The notes under the pieces are model-generated. The model was not told where the DNA came from, did not search any database, and saw only the letters and a list, made by a program, of their open reading frames with translations. From positions 1 to 57,794 of the forward strand of contig JALXBP010000073.1 of the NCBI GenBank assembly GCA_026991395.1: a DNA stretch of 57,794 bases, in the 5' to 3' direction. How positions within the stretch are numbered: the first letter of the stretch is position 1; every line of letters starts with the position of its first letter. Origin of the DNA: Anaerolineae bacterium. GTDB lineage: Bacteria > Chloroflexota > Anaerolineae > B4-G1 > SLSP01. The position numbers and the translations under genes are program-made. Of this stretch, positions 20,701 to 28,637 are shown in pieces.

Positions 20701-22251
20701 GAGCAATACGTCAACAACGTCTATCCCTGGGCCAGTTCCTACCCCGCGATCGTCATCGACCGCGCCGCCGATCAGTGGAGCTACGATATGGGATCGACCA
20801 CCTGGAGCGGGGATGACCCGATCTTCGACTTTCCTTACAGTCTGGTCAACCGCACGGACTGGACCCTGCCCGGCTCCGCCAACGGCATACTCAACTATCT
20901 CGTCGGCGACAGTGCCTACGGCAACATCGAGGATATGAGCGGCAATCTCCTGGGCTATGACGAGTCCGGTACGCCGCACGAGGAGATCCCGCATGGGATG
21001 GGGTACCCGCTCGTGGGGGCAACACTCTCGATGACCCGCTCGATCTTCCTGGTGCAGCCGGGCGACTATAACATGAACGTCTATGGCGGCGGTACGTACT
21101 CGATGTACATCACCGGCCTCAACGGTGGCTACATCCTGGGCGGCATCCCGCTCGGCAGCGGCGCGCACGACTACCTCGAACTGCGCACCATCAACGGCAA
21201 CCCGTACAATCACGAACTCTCTTTCGAGACAGCCGACCCTGCCAAGCCGCTCGATGTGCTCCTCTTCAGAAGCTGGGACCCCGACGCCGACCGGCGTTAC
21301 TACCACATCACGAACCTCGATCTGGACAACGATGGGCGCGTCTTGGTCAAGGTACTCGCCGACCACAGCGGCATCGCCATCTCCAACAGAGGCGCCGATC
21401 CCTTTACCTATGATGCCGAGTTCAGCAACGAGATGGTGCGGGCGGGCGGCTCTCCCCTCGGTCAGGTGCCGACCGTTCAGATTACCGGCTTGGCACTCGA
21501 TCCGGGGAAGACGGCAACGCTCGTTCCCACCGACTGGGGGGACTTGAGCAGCGCGGGGGTAGAGGTTCAGGTCACGACGTGTGGCGACGCGGTTTGTGAG
21601 GGCGGGGAGGATCACATCAACTGCCCGGCGGACTGTGCGCCGCTCGCTTGCCAGGAGCCGCACGACGATATGCACGTTACCGGCACGACGCTGCTGTGCG
21701 GCGGTACCTATGAGCTTGCCGACCAGGGTGAAGCGGGGGTGATCATCGTCGATGACGGCGCAACGCTGGACTGCAACGGTGCTCACTTGATCGGCGATGG
21801 AGGCGGCATCGGCATCCTCAGCGAAGGCACGCAGAGCGTCACGATCGAGAACTGCTATGTCGAACGGTACGCTACCGGCATCGTCATGCAGGGGGTCGGC
21901 GACGGGACACTCTCCGACTCGATGATGACGGCCAACAGCGACTGGGGCCTGGTGGCCGAGAATGCCCCGAACCTGAGCGTCCGGCAAAACTATATCGTGG
22001 AGAACGCTGGCGGTATCCACCTCCTCGACACGGACGGCGTGGCCGTGGAGCGCAACTACATCTGCGCCAATGACAGCATTGACATCCACAGCGAGGTCAA
22101 TGGGGCGAGCAGCGGCGCGCAGAACGCCTGCGGCACCGCCGAAGGATGGCTCGACGAGGGCGGCACGCCGTGCGAGTTCCAATGCACCGTGGCGGGCCAG
22201 ATCCTGAACCCGTCGATCTATCTACCCCTGGTGATACGCAACGACCACTAA
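17776..22251 (+). CDS. Large secreted NosD/beta-helix repeat protein with Cys-rich modules and putative papain-like domain
   Basis: Signal peptide, three (F/L)DC.G/YH-type beta-helix starts, GI.L..S..N.I..N repeats, CGDAVCEGGEDHINCPADC, C-terminal IYLPLVIRNDH; AAGGAGG RBS. Confidence 0.88.
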   Translation: MKTHIGKSTWLLVSAAWAVILLLIILAGLNTSTPTLSAPTVIYTLSGRVYVGETGAEPPVSTPLSDVVVSLYCAYNADEVGRFVLSTTTDSTGWYGLDADSTTGCGWFNIIETDPPGYTSNGATTVSGSVRSANWIAYDASSLDQATLTGNKFWDNPPPTTITCTSCADCQAKLDGTYRVVSLTNDINTSSSSCIVFGGDNVTFDCQGHAIRTQSHGEFSYGIRLTNRQSDTVRNCTISGFHTGIDLYGTTHSHFLTNTITGTVQGIALHNSLTNTFSGNQITNTTTGIWIGGSNGNTLTHNRICHQSSGDIYVSGITSGNVRMANTCDSIYNWNGSNSVSLCDSVCTPNTSTTCSTASDCEGKLNGSYGTVILGADVHDADGLTIGGNNLTLDCNYHAIRGSGQPNSVGILLRNRVGVHIRRCNIYSYTVGIDLDSSSLNTITGSKVMSNAIGVRIFTTTLPSQQNEIRENTIHRNSLYGVELIDVSNNTIQSNNFADNGEYALWVDHACSNDVESNMIDIKPLLYWSDSTISRTLSSDQYGLIFFCNVRNATIRGTTVANSAHHNNNGVLIVDSGNITMTNNLVRYSNGIYVRGSDHVRVYTNTVEHNRHAGILFENSPVGEIRNNRVQHNNLLSDSFGISVIGGSDWTVVVSNTLTDNSQGIGVQDSDAVVLNQNLAYSNHGDGMAIRYSNGGHIEGNTVVANQHGLYMDAHTSNYWLQGNEVCRNQGQDIFNDGTDNTGSNNTCAFTWWWHDNGVSSGCNSRCVGWYNRGWGFGFHNISVDDLPWRRYEETFGKDEVDVTVKLCIGVPVCIPFKCWCLGKKVDIETPVPDPFAALLYAFFYQDIAEPGSCFGMSAKSLQFFYGDDNVSNYDSSAAFVRDLHSDNGSLATRREILQGSQMSTEAIDFYIAELLAGHDSANYVLEAARNGLAADHPNFVIIKNGLTDGHAMNYDTVVDVNANTSRIYVYDNNKEQYVNNVYPWASSYPAIVIDRAADQWSYDMGSTTWSGDDPIFDFPYSLVNRTDWTLPGSANGILNYLVGDSAYGNIEDMSGNLLGYDESGTPHEEIPHGMGYPLVGATLSMTRSIFLVQPGDYNMNVYGGGTYSMYITGLNGGYILGGIPLGSGAHDYLELRTINGNPYNHELSFETADPAKPLDVLLFRSWDPDADRRYYHITNLDLDNDGRVLVKVLADHSGIAISNRGADPFTYDAEFSNEMVRAGGSPLGQVPTVQITGLALDPGKTATLVPTDWGDLSSAGVEVQVTTCGDAVCEGGEDHINCPADCAPLACQEPHDDMHVTGTTLLCGGTYELADQGEAGVIIVDDGATLDCNGAHLIGDGGGIGILSEGTQSVTIENCYVERYATGIVMQGVGDGTLSDSMMTANSDWGLVAENAPNLSVRQNYIVENAGGIHLLDTDGVAVERNYICANDSIDIHSEVNGASSGAQNACGTAEGWLDEGGTPCEFQCTVAGQILNPSIYLPLVIRNDH

Positions 22252-22263
22252 GAGACTTGTGGC

Positions 22264-22300
22264 AAAGCCCCTCGAAGGCCCTGAGCTTTCGGGGGGCTTT
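22264..22300 (+). terminator. Rho-independent terminator
   Basis: AAAGCCCCTCGAAGGC..GCTTTCGGGGGGCTTT. Confidence 0.75.
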
Positions 22301-22335
22301 CACGACTTCCCCTGCCTCCGCCTTCCTCTCAGATG

Positions 22336-22430
22336 CCCGGTCATATGTCCCACCTTGCAAATTCTCTCCAAGGTATAGGTCGATTGGCAGATGACAGGCA
22401 TCCTCTGCCTGTGCTATGATGGCACCAGGA
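22336..22430 (+). repeat. Copy 2 of the 95-bp duplicated promoter/operator element
   Basis: See 13635-13729; contains ATGACA (-35-like) and TGCTATGAT (extended -10). Confidence 0.9.
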
Positions 22431-22461
22431 ATGGAGAGAGCCTCTTTTGGAAAGGACGGCT

Positions 22462-23331
22462 ATGGAGGGGAAGATTCTCATCTTGGGCGCGACCGGGACC
22501 TTTGGGCGACCGGTAACCCGCAGCCTTCTGGAGAAGGGCTTCGCCGTGCGCGTGCTGGCGCGCCTCCCCCAAAAGGCCCGCCGCTTGTTCGGGGCGACCG
22601 TGGATGTTGTTCCGGGGGACGCGGGTAACGAAGCCGATCTGCGGCGGGCGATGCGAGGGTGCTGGGCCGTGCATATCAGCCTGCCCTACCGGCTCGATCC
22701 CGTGGTTATGGAGCGGGTCGTCGGCCTGGGCCGCGAGACCGGCCTGCGGCGCATCACCTACGTCTCGGCCACCAATGCCCACGAGACAACCCGCCGCTTC
22801 GAGATGAGCGCCGCCAAGTTACGGGCCGAGGCGCGGCTGCGCAGCAGTGGCTTCGCCTGCACCATCTTCTGCCCCACCTGGGCGATGGAGACGCTGCCCC
22901 GTTTCGTCCGGGGAGGCTGGGGGCTGGCCATCGGCAGCCTGAAATCCACGCCCATCCACTTCGTCGCGGGGGAGGACTTTGGCCGTATGGTGGCCGCTTC
23001 CTACGAGGACGACCGCGCCCTGGGCAAGCGCCTCTTCATCCACGGGCCGGAAGCCGTTCCGCTCCCCGAAGCCCTGATTCGTTTCGTGCGTGCGTGCTAC
23101 CCCGACCTTCATATCCTGCGCCTGCTTCCCTGGCAGGTCCGCCTGATTGCCGCGCTGACCGGCCGCCAGGAACTGGCCGAGGTGGCCCGGTTGATTGCCT
23201 ATTTCGACGAGGTGGGCGAATTGGGCGATCCTTCGGAAGCCAACGCTCTCCTCGGTGGGCCGACCGTAACCTTGCAGCAGTGGATCGAGGGGCGGAAGGC
23301 AAGAGTCTTGGACACAAGGCACGAAAGATGA
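22462..23331 (+). CDS. NmrA/atypical SDR NAD(P)-binding oxidoreductase
   Basis: ILILGATGTFG Rossmann motif, AKLRAE..LRSSG; AAAGGA RBS. Confidence 0.9.
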   Translation: MEGKILILGATGTFGRPVTRSLLEKGFAVRVLARLPQKARRLFGATVDVVPGDAGNEADLRRAMRGCWAVHISLPYRLDPVVMERVVGLGRETGLRRITYVSATNAHETTRRFEMSAAKLRAEARLRSSGFACTIFCPTWAMETLPRFVRGGWGLAIGSLKSTPIHFVAGEDFGRMVAASYEDDRALGKRLFIHGPEAVPLPEALIRFVRACYPDLHILRLLPWQVRLIAALTGRQELAEVARLIAYFDEVGELGDPSEANALLGGPTVTLQQWIEGRKARVLDTRHER

Positions 23332-23401
23332 GCGGCAGAGAGTGTGAGAGGAGTACCTCCCTCGAGGAAACTCCCTTCCTCCGAGCTTGGGGCAGATTCC
23401 G

Positions 23402-23626
23402 ATGAAACGAGAGACGGCGTACCTCTCTTTTTTGGTGCGTTTGTGGCACGCGCCTGAGGCCGACCGCGATTGGCTGGTTCAGGTGGAGCACATTCTCAGC
23501 GGGGAAACGCATTATTTCGGTTCACTGGAGGAACTGTTCGCCTTCGTTCGGGCCACGGTGGAAGGGTTGGAGGCGCAGGACGAGAACACGGCGGGGCCTC
23601 ATCCCGAGCTGGACGTCGGCGACTGA
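23402..23626 (+). CDS. Small conserved hypothetical protein
   Basis: YLSFLVRLW..W...VEHILSGE..YFGSLEELFAFV, a pattern I recall from small Chloroflexota proteins. Confidence 0.7.
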   Translation: MKRETAYLSFLVRLWHAPEADRDWLVQVEHILSGETHYFGSLEELFAFVRATVEGLEAQDENTAGPHPELDVGD

Positions 23627-24876
23627 GACCTCTCGGCTCTTTCCCCAAGGAAGGGCAAGGGAAGCTCCATAACCAGCCGGAAGCGCCCCTCCGATGTCGG
23701 CCCGGCGTGCAATTCGCCGCCCAGCGCCTCGGCACGCTCCCGCAGGCCGCGCAGGCCGAAGCCTTCCCGGAACGGTTCTCCCGTCTCCGGGAGGCTGTTC
23801 TCCACGATCATCTGCACGCGGTCCTCGCCGTAGCGCAGTGTGGCCGTTATCCGGGCGGCATCGGGGGCGTGGCGCTGCACATTGGTCAGCCCTTCTTGCA
23901 AAGCGCGGTACATCGCCAGTGCCTCGGCTTCGGGAAGTGGCCGGGGCTGCCCCTGAATTTCCCATCCCACCGGACGCCTGGCCCGCTGCACAAAGTTCGC
24001 CACCAGTTGCTTCAAAGCCTCGGGGAGGGCCAGGGTCTCCAGAGGTGGAGGACGAAGCGCCTGCACGGCCCGCCATACCTCGGCCTGTGCGTCGGCCACC
24101 AGCCGCCGCGCCCGCGCCAATGCGCGGCGGCGGGCCTCGTCCTCTTGCGGCGGCAGGCGGTGGAGAAGTTCCAGTTGCAATCCCAGCGCCGTCAGCGTGT
24201 GCCCCATAGCGTCGTGGATTTCGTGGGCCAAACGGGTCCTTTCCTGGGAAACGGCCAGCGCTTCGGCCTTGGCCGTGTAATCCTGCAACTGCCGGTAAGC
24301 CTCCTCCAGCTCTGTTGCCAGAGCCTCGGCATGTTCCCGCGCTTCCCAGAGGCGCACGACCAACTCCGCCACGCCCCAGACCAGCAGGTAGGTGGGGAGG
24401 TCTCTCACGAACAGGCTCATCCCTCTGGACCAGCCCAGCAAGGCCACGTGGGCCGGGATCATCGTCCCCATCAAAACCCCCACCCAGCCCAAAGCCCAGC
24501 GCCTGCCGTGAAAGAGAGCGAGGGAGGTATACTCATCGAACAGGGCCAGCGCGAAGTAGATCGCCGTCTCGCCGCGCAAAAGCCAGAAAAAGGCCAGTGC
24601 CCATGCCAGCGTCAGGAAGGAAGGTTGCAGGCGCACCGGCACACCCGGCCCGCGCGGGAGTTTGATGGTTTGCGGGATCACTACGATGTAGCCCACCGCC
24701 AGCGCCAGCGAAAGCAGGCCAAACGCCCCAACGGCCAGGGGGGACAGGGGCGGCTCCAGCGTCAGGGCATAGAAGACGAAGAGCGCACCGAACAACATCG
24801 CCGCGCCCAGCCCGAAGATTTGGGCCTCTCGGCGGGAAGCCTCGGAAAGCGGCGGTGGAGGGCCTTCAGTCATCAT
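23599..24876 (-). CDS. Membrane sensor histidine kinase (HisKA_3, NarX/DesK type)
   Basis: About 5 TM helices, ERTRLAHEIHDAMGH, QEGLTNVQRHA, GFGLRGLRER; start overlaps the regulator stop (ATGATGACTGA). Confidence 0.93.
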   Translation of the reverse strand: MMTEGPPPPLSEASRREAQIFGLGAAMLFGALFVFYALTLEPPLSPLAVGAFGLLSLALAVGYIVVIPQTIKLPRGPGVPVRLQPSFLTLAWALAFFWLLRGETAIYFALALFDEYTSLALFHGRRWALGWVGVLMGTMIPAHVALLGWSRGMSLFVRDLPTYLLVWGVAELVVRLWEAREHAEALATELEEAYRQLQDYTAKAEALAVSQERTRLAHEIHDAMGHTLTALGLQLELLHRLPPQEDEARRRALARARRLVADAQAEVWRAVQALRPPPLETLALPEALKQLVANFVQRARRPVGWEIQGQPRPLPEAEALAMYRALQEGLTNVQRHAPDAARITATLRYGEDRVQMIVENSLPETGEPFREGFGLRGLRERAEALGGELHAGPTSEGRFRLVMELPLPFLGERAERSQSPTSSSG

Positions 24877-25531
24877 ACAAAAGTCCCCATTCCACGGCCA
24901 GGCGCGCGGCATGGGCGCGATCCCGCGCTCCCAGCTTCCCCAGAATGTGGCTGACGTGGTTCTTGACCGTGCCTTCGGAAACGCCAAGGCGCGCGGCAAT
25001 CTCCGCGTTGGACGCGCCTTCTGCCAGCAGGCCCAGCACTTGGCGCTCGCGGTCGGTCAGACGCTCGTGGAAAACCGGGGTCTCTTGCCCTTCCCGAAGA
25101 TGGGCGATCACCCGCCCGGTCACGGCAGGGTCGATGACCGATTCCCCCGCCGCCACCGCCTGGATGGCCGCCAGCAGCCGGTCGGAATCGGTGCGCTTGA
25201 GCAGATAGCCCCAGGCCCCGGCCCGCAGGCCCTCGATGACATACTCATCGTGGGGGAAGGTGCTCAATAGCAGCACTCGCACGGGGGAGTTTCGGGCGTG
25301 CAGCCGCCGTGTTACCGCCACGCCGTTCATACCGGGCATGCGCACGTCCAGCAAGAGCACGTCGGGAACCTGCTCCTCGGCGATTCGCAACGCCTCCCGC
25401 CCGCTGCGTCCTTGGGCAACCACCTCTACCTCCGGCATCAGAGAAAGCAGGGCGGCCAGCCCTTCCCGGATGAGCGTTTCGTCGTCTACGATAGCGACCC
25501 GGACTTTCGTGGGACCTCTCGGCGAGGGCAT
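24866..25531 (-). CDS. NarL/LuxR-family response regulator
   Basis: IVDD, LLDVRMP, GYLLK, LTDRERQVL..GASNAEIA..VSEGTVKNHV. Confidence 0.95.
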   Translation of the reverse strand: MPSPRGPTKVRVAIVDDETLIREGLAALLSLMPEVEVVAQGRSGREALRIAEEQVPDVLLLDVRMPGMNGVAVTRRLHARNSPVRVLLLSTFPHDEYVIEGLRAGAWGYLLKRTDSDRLLAAIQAVAAGESVIDPAVTGRVIAHLREGQETPVFHERLTDRERQVLGLLAEGASNAEIAARLGVSEGTVKNHVSHILGKLGARDRAHAARLAVEWGLLYDD

Positions 25532-25722
25532 CTCCTCTTCCTCTTACGACTGCTGTGGGGAACCGCATCTTTACGATACCCCTTTTCGGGCTTTTAGTCA
25601 ATATCGTTAGCAGAGCAGGACCGCGCGATTGCCGGTTAAGCCGATGGCAAACGGGACTGAAGAGACGAGGCGGAGGACGGTTGTGTTGGTTAGAGAATGG
25701 TAATAAGAGTTGTTGTAACCGG

Positions 25723-25769
25723 TTTCTCCAAAATTCATCATTGAATTTTGGAGAAAAATAGTGTAAACT
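25723..25769 (+). promoter_or_regulatory. Promoter with a perfect 15-bp inverted repeat over the -35
   Basis: TTTCTCCAAAATTCA-TCAT-TGAATTTTGGAGAAA (25723-25756); TTGAAT(25741)-17-TAAACT(25764). Confidence 0.7.
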
Positions 25770-26038
25770 GAGAGAGATGTAGCTCATCGATGTACCGACA
25801 TCTCTCTTCCTCTCGTCCATTTTCGTAGTTGCGTCGCGCGAGGAGGTGTGCAGGTGAATGCTCCGCGTTCTCCCTCGGCGGAAGGGGCATCCTGTGGCTT
25901 GTGTAGAGGCCCTCCCTCTCGTGACCTGTCTCGTTGTTGGCCTTTGGGGAGCGCCGTTATCGTCCATCGCTGCTTTCCCCACGTTGCACTTGCGAACTTC
26001 TCTGATTTTCACATTCACTTCACGAAAGGAGCATTGAG

Positions 26039-28540
26039 ATGAAACGAAGATTGGCCGTTTTGATGACCACGATCGTGGTCGCTTTGCTGATGATGTCGGC
26101 CTTTAGCGTGATGGCACGCGACATGGCGAGTACCCGACACGCGCTCCCCTATCCCCCGCAGCCCGCGGGACCGGTCTCGAGACAGGCCGCAGGCTCTCAC
26201 GGGGCCTCGGTGAGCCAGCCTGTTCGGCTGACGCAAAGCAACTACTACGAGCGTGGAGAGGCCATTGTTTACGACGGCACGAACTATTGGCTCTTCTTCG
26301 GCCGTTCGACGACCGTAACCGGCACCTACGCCGATACGAATCCGGATGTCCGGGACTATGTGGTCTATTACAAGGTCGCCCCCTCCATCCCCGAACTGGT
26401 AACGGCCTCCGCAACCCTCATCTCCGGCGTCGCGCATAACGCCAACGGCTACCAGGGCGAAACCGGTGCGGCCTACTTCGACGGCGATGTCTGGGCTTTC
26501 GCGACGGTGGTTAGCGGCAGCGTGGCCGATCTCTACGGATGGTACACGAACGACGGCGGCGCGACGTGGACGGAGGTCGGGCCGATCATCGCGGGTCTCG
26601 GCAGCGGGCAAGCGCACCACGACGAGATCGCCTTCGACGGCGAACTGTGGGTCGTCGAAGGTTCTGGCAACTTCACTACCATCCATAGCGCTACCCCCAA
26701 AACGGGCGGGTGGACTTCGCCGCTGGATGTCGATAGCAGCCTCACGGGCGGACTGGCCCATTTCTTCGTCGATGGCAGCGAGCTTTATCTGGCGATCTAC
26801 AGCAGTAACGCCAACTACATCTACAAGTACAATCCGGCGACCCCCGCCTGGGAAGAGGTGGACACGATCACGCCGCCGGAAAAGTACGATCCGACCCTCT
26901 TCAAGGTTGGGGAAACCTACGTCTTCGCCCAGGCTCCCTGGGATGGCGTGCGTCAGTACATCATCGCCTGGTCCAACGACACGCTGGACGACACCTTCTT
27001 CGACGGCGGCTACACGCTCGTCACCGAGGGGCGCTACGGCTCCAATCCCTGGGTGGATATGTGGCCGATCGGCTTCACCACTCCCGGCGGCGACAGCTAC
27101 CTCTTCTTCACCTCCGAGAGGAACCCCGACGACCCCTCGCAGGAGATCAGCGGCAATATCTGGTACCTGAAGGTGGACTGGGACCTGGAGCACGACCACT
27201 ACACCTATGTCCAGGAGGCGGTGGATGGTGCCAACGATGGCGAGACGATCGATATTGCTCCGGGCACCTATGTGGAGCAGGTAGAGATCACCAAGACGAT
27301 CACGCTGAGCGGGGCGGGCGTCGGTGAAACGATCATCCGCTCACCGGACGTGCTTCTGCTCTACTTCACGACCAGCGCCGAGAATCACCCCATCATCTAT
27401 GTGCACGATGTGGATTCGACGACGGTGCGCCGTATGACGGTGGACGGCGCGGGCAAGGGCAACAATGCTTACCGTTTCTCCGGCATCGCTTTCCGCAATG
27501 CGGGGGGGACGGTCGAGGATGTGGAGATCAAGGATGTGCGTGATACGCCCTTCAGCGGGCGTCAACACGGCGTGAGCCTGTACCTCCTCAATACCGACGG
27601 CGTAACCCGCACCATCCACGTGTACGACAGCCGCTTCACCGGCTTCCAGAAGAATGCGATGGCCCTGAACGCTGCCTCGACGGCGTTGACCGTGGACGTG
27701 CGGCGCAATACGGTCATCGGCGCAGGAGCGATCGAAACGATAGCCCAGAACGGTATTCAGGTCTGGGCGGCACAAGGAAGCGGCGTCATCGCCGATAACA
27801 ACATCTCCAGGATCGCCTACGATAACACCAACGACTCCATCAAGTGGGTGGCCAGTTCGATACTCGACTTCTATGCCGGGCTGACCATCACGGGCAACAC
27901 GATTACCGAGGGCCATATGGGCATCTACAACTACGATGGCGCTTCGCAGATCGGCGGCAACGACCTCTCCATCGAAAAGGTGGGGGTCGAAGCGTGGGGT
28001 ATCGTGGCTTCCGACCCGCCCGACGTGCATCCCGCGCCGCTGGTCGATGCGGCGCTCCTTGCCTCGCCACGGCTGGCCCCGACGGCGGCGGATGCCGTGC
28101 TGACCGTGAATATCTACAGCAACACACTGGCCTTCAGCGGCGCGGTCACGACCAACACGCACGGCATCGAGGTCGATGCCGGATACGGACCGGACGACCT
28201 GGCCGTGACGATGACGCATAACATCGTCCGCGATTTCGATACGGGCATCGGCTTCATACAATGCGAAGGGAGTTGCGATGTCGGTACCTACACTGCGCTG
28301 GTGGTAAGCCGCAACTGTCTCTACGGCAACACCTACGGGATGACCTCCAACCTGACCAGCACCGTGGAGGCAACGGGGAACTACTGGGGGCACTTCTCCG
28401 GCCCCTATCATCCCACGTTGAACCCACGCGGGCAGGGGGATGCGGTCGATGACGGGATCGTCTTCGATCCCTGGTCGCTGGTGTGTGGCGGCGCGCCGAT
28501 CCAGCGCACCTACTTGCCGATTGTTCTGCGCAATCACTAA
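26039..28540 (+). CDS. Secreted protein: beta-propeller/Asp-box-like N-domain, beta-helix and YLP tail
   Basis: Signal peptide, YTNDGGATW Asp-box, VQEAVDGANDGETIDIAPGTYVEQV, ATGNYWG..SGP, ends TYLPIVLRNH; AAGGAG RBS. Confidence 0.87.
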   Translation: MKRRLAVLMTTIVVALLMMSAFSVMARDMASTRHALPYPPQPAGPVSRQAAGSHGASVSQPVRLTQSNYYERGEAIVYDGTNYWLFFGRSTTVTGTYADTNPDVRDYVVYYKVAPSIPELVTASATLISGVAHNANGYQGETGAAYFDGDVWAFATVVSGSVADLYGWYTNDGGATWTEVGPIIAGLGSGQAHHDEIAFDGELWVVEGSGNFTTIHSATPKTGGWTSPLDVDSSLTGGLAHFFVDGSELYLAIYSSNANYIYKYNPATPAWEEVDTITPPEKYDPTLFKVGETYVFAQAPWDGVRQYIIAWSNDTLDDTFFDGGYTLVTEGRYGSNPWVDMWPIGFTTPGGDSYLFFTSERNPDDPSQEISGNIWYLKVDWDLEHDHYTYVQEAVDGANDGETIDIAPGTYVEQVEITKTITLSGAGVGETIIRSPDVLLLYFTTSAENHPIIYVHDVDSTTVRRMTVDGAGKGNNAYRFSGIAFRNAGGTVEDVEIKDVRDTPFSGRQHGVSLYLLNTDGVTRTIHVYDSRFTGFQKNAMALNAASTALTVDVRRNTVIGAGAIETIAQNGIQVWAAQGSGVIADNNISRIAYDNTNDSIKWVASSILDFYAGLTITGNTITEGHMGIYNYDGASQIGGNDLSIEKVGVEAWGIVASDPPDVHPAPLVDAALLASPRLAPTAADAVLTVNIYSNTLAFSGAVTTNTHGIEVDAGYGPDDLAVTMTHNIVRDFDTGIGFIQCEGSCDVGTYTALVVSRNCLYGNTYGMTSNLTSTVEATGNYWGHFSGPYHPTLNPRGQGDAVDDGIVFDPWSLVCGGAPIQRTYLPIVLRNH

Positions 28541-28552
28541 CGAGACCGCTCG

Positions 28553-28589
28553 GACGGGCCGTCGGGCAGCGCGCCCGGCGGCCCGTTTT
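28553..28589 (+). terminator. Rho-independent terminator
   Basis: ACGGGCCGTCGGGC..GCCCGGCGGCCCGT followed by TTT. Confidence 0.75.
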
Positions 28590-28637
28590 CGTCGTGGGGG
28601 GTTGTCCCTCTCTTGATTGACGGTAGAATGCCCCATT

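Noticed and set aside
13635-22430. IS or composite transposon bounded by the 95-bp repeats
   Set aside because: The repeats are direct and promoter-like, with no transposase or target-site duplication visible.
25620-25690. GGCAAAC resembling the start of a c-di-GMP-I riboswitch
   Set aside because: The GAAA-capped stem and following GCAAA/P1 elements are not present.
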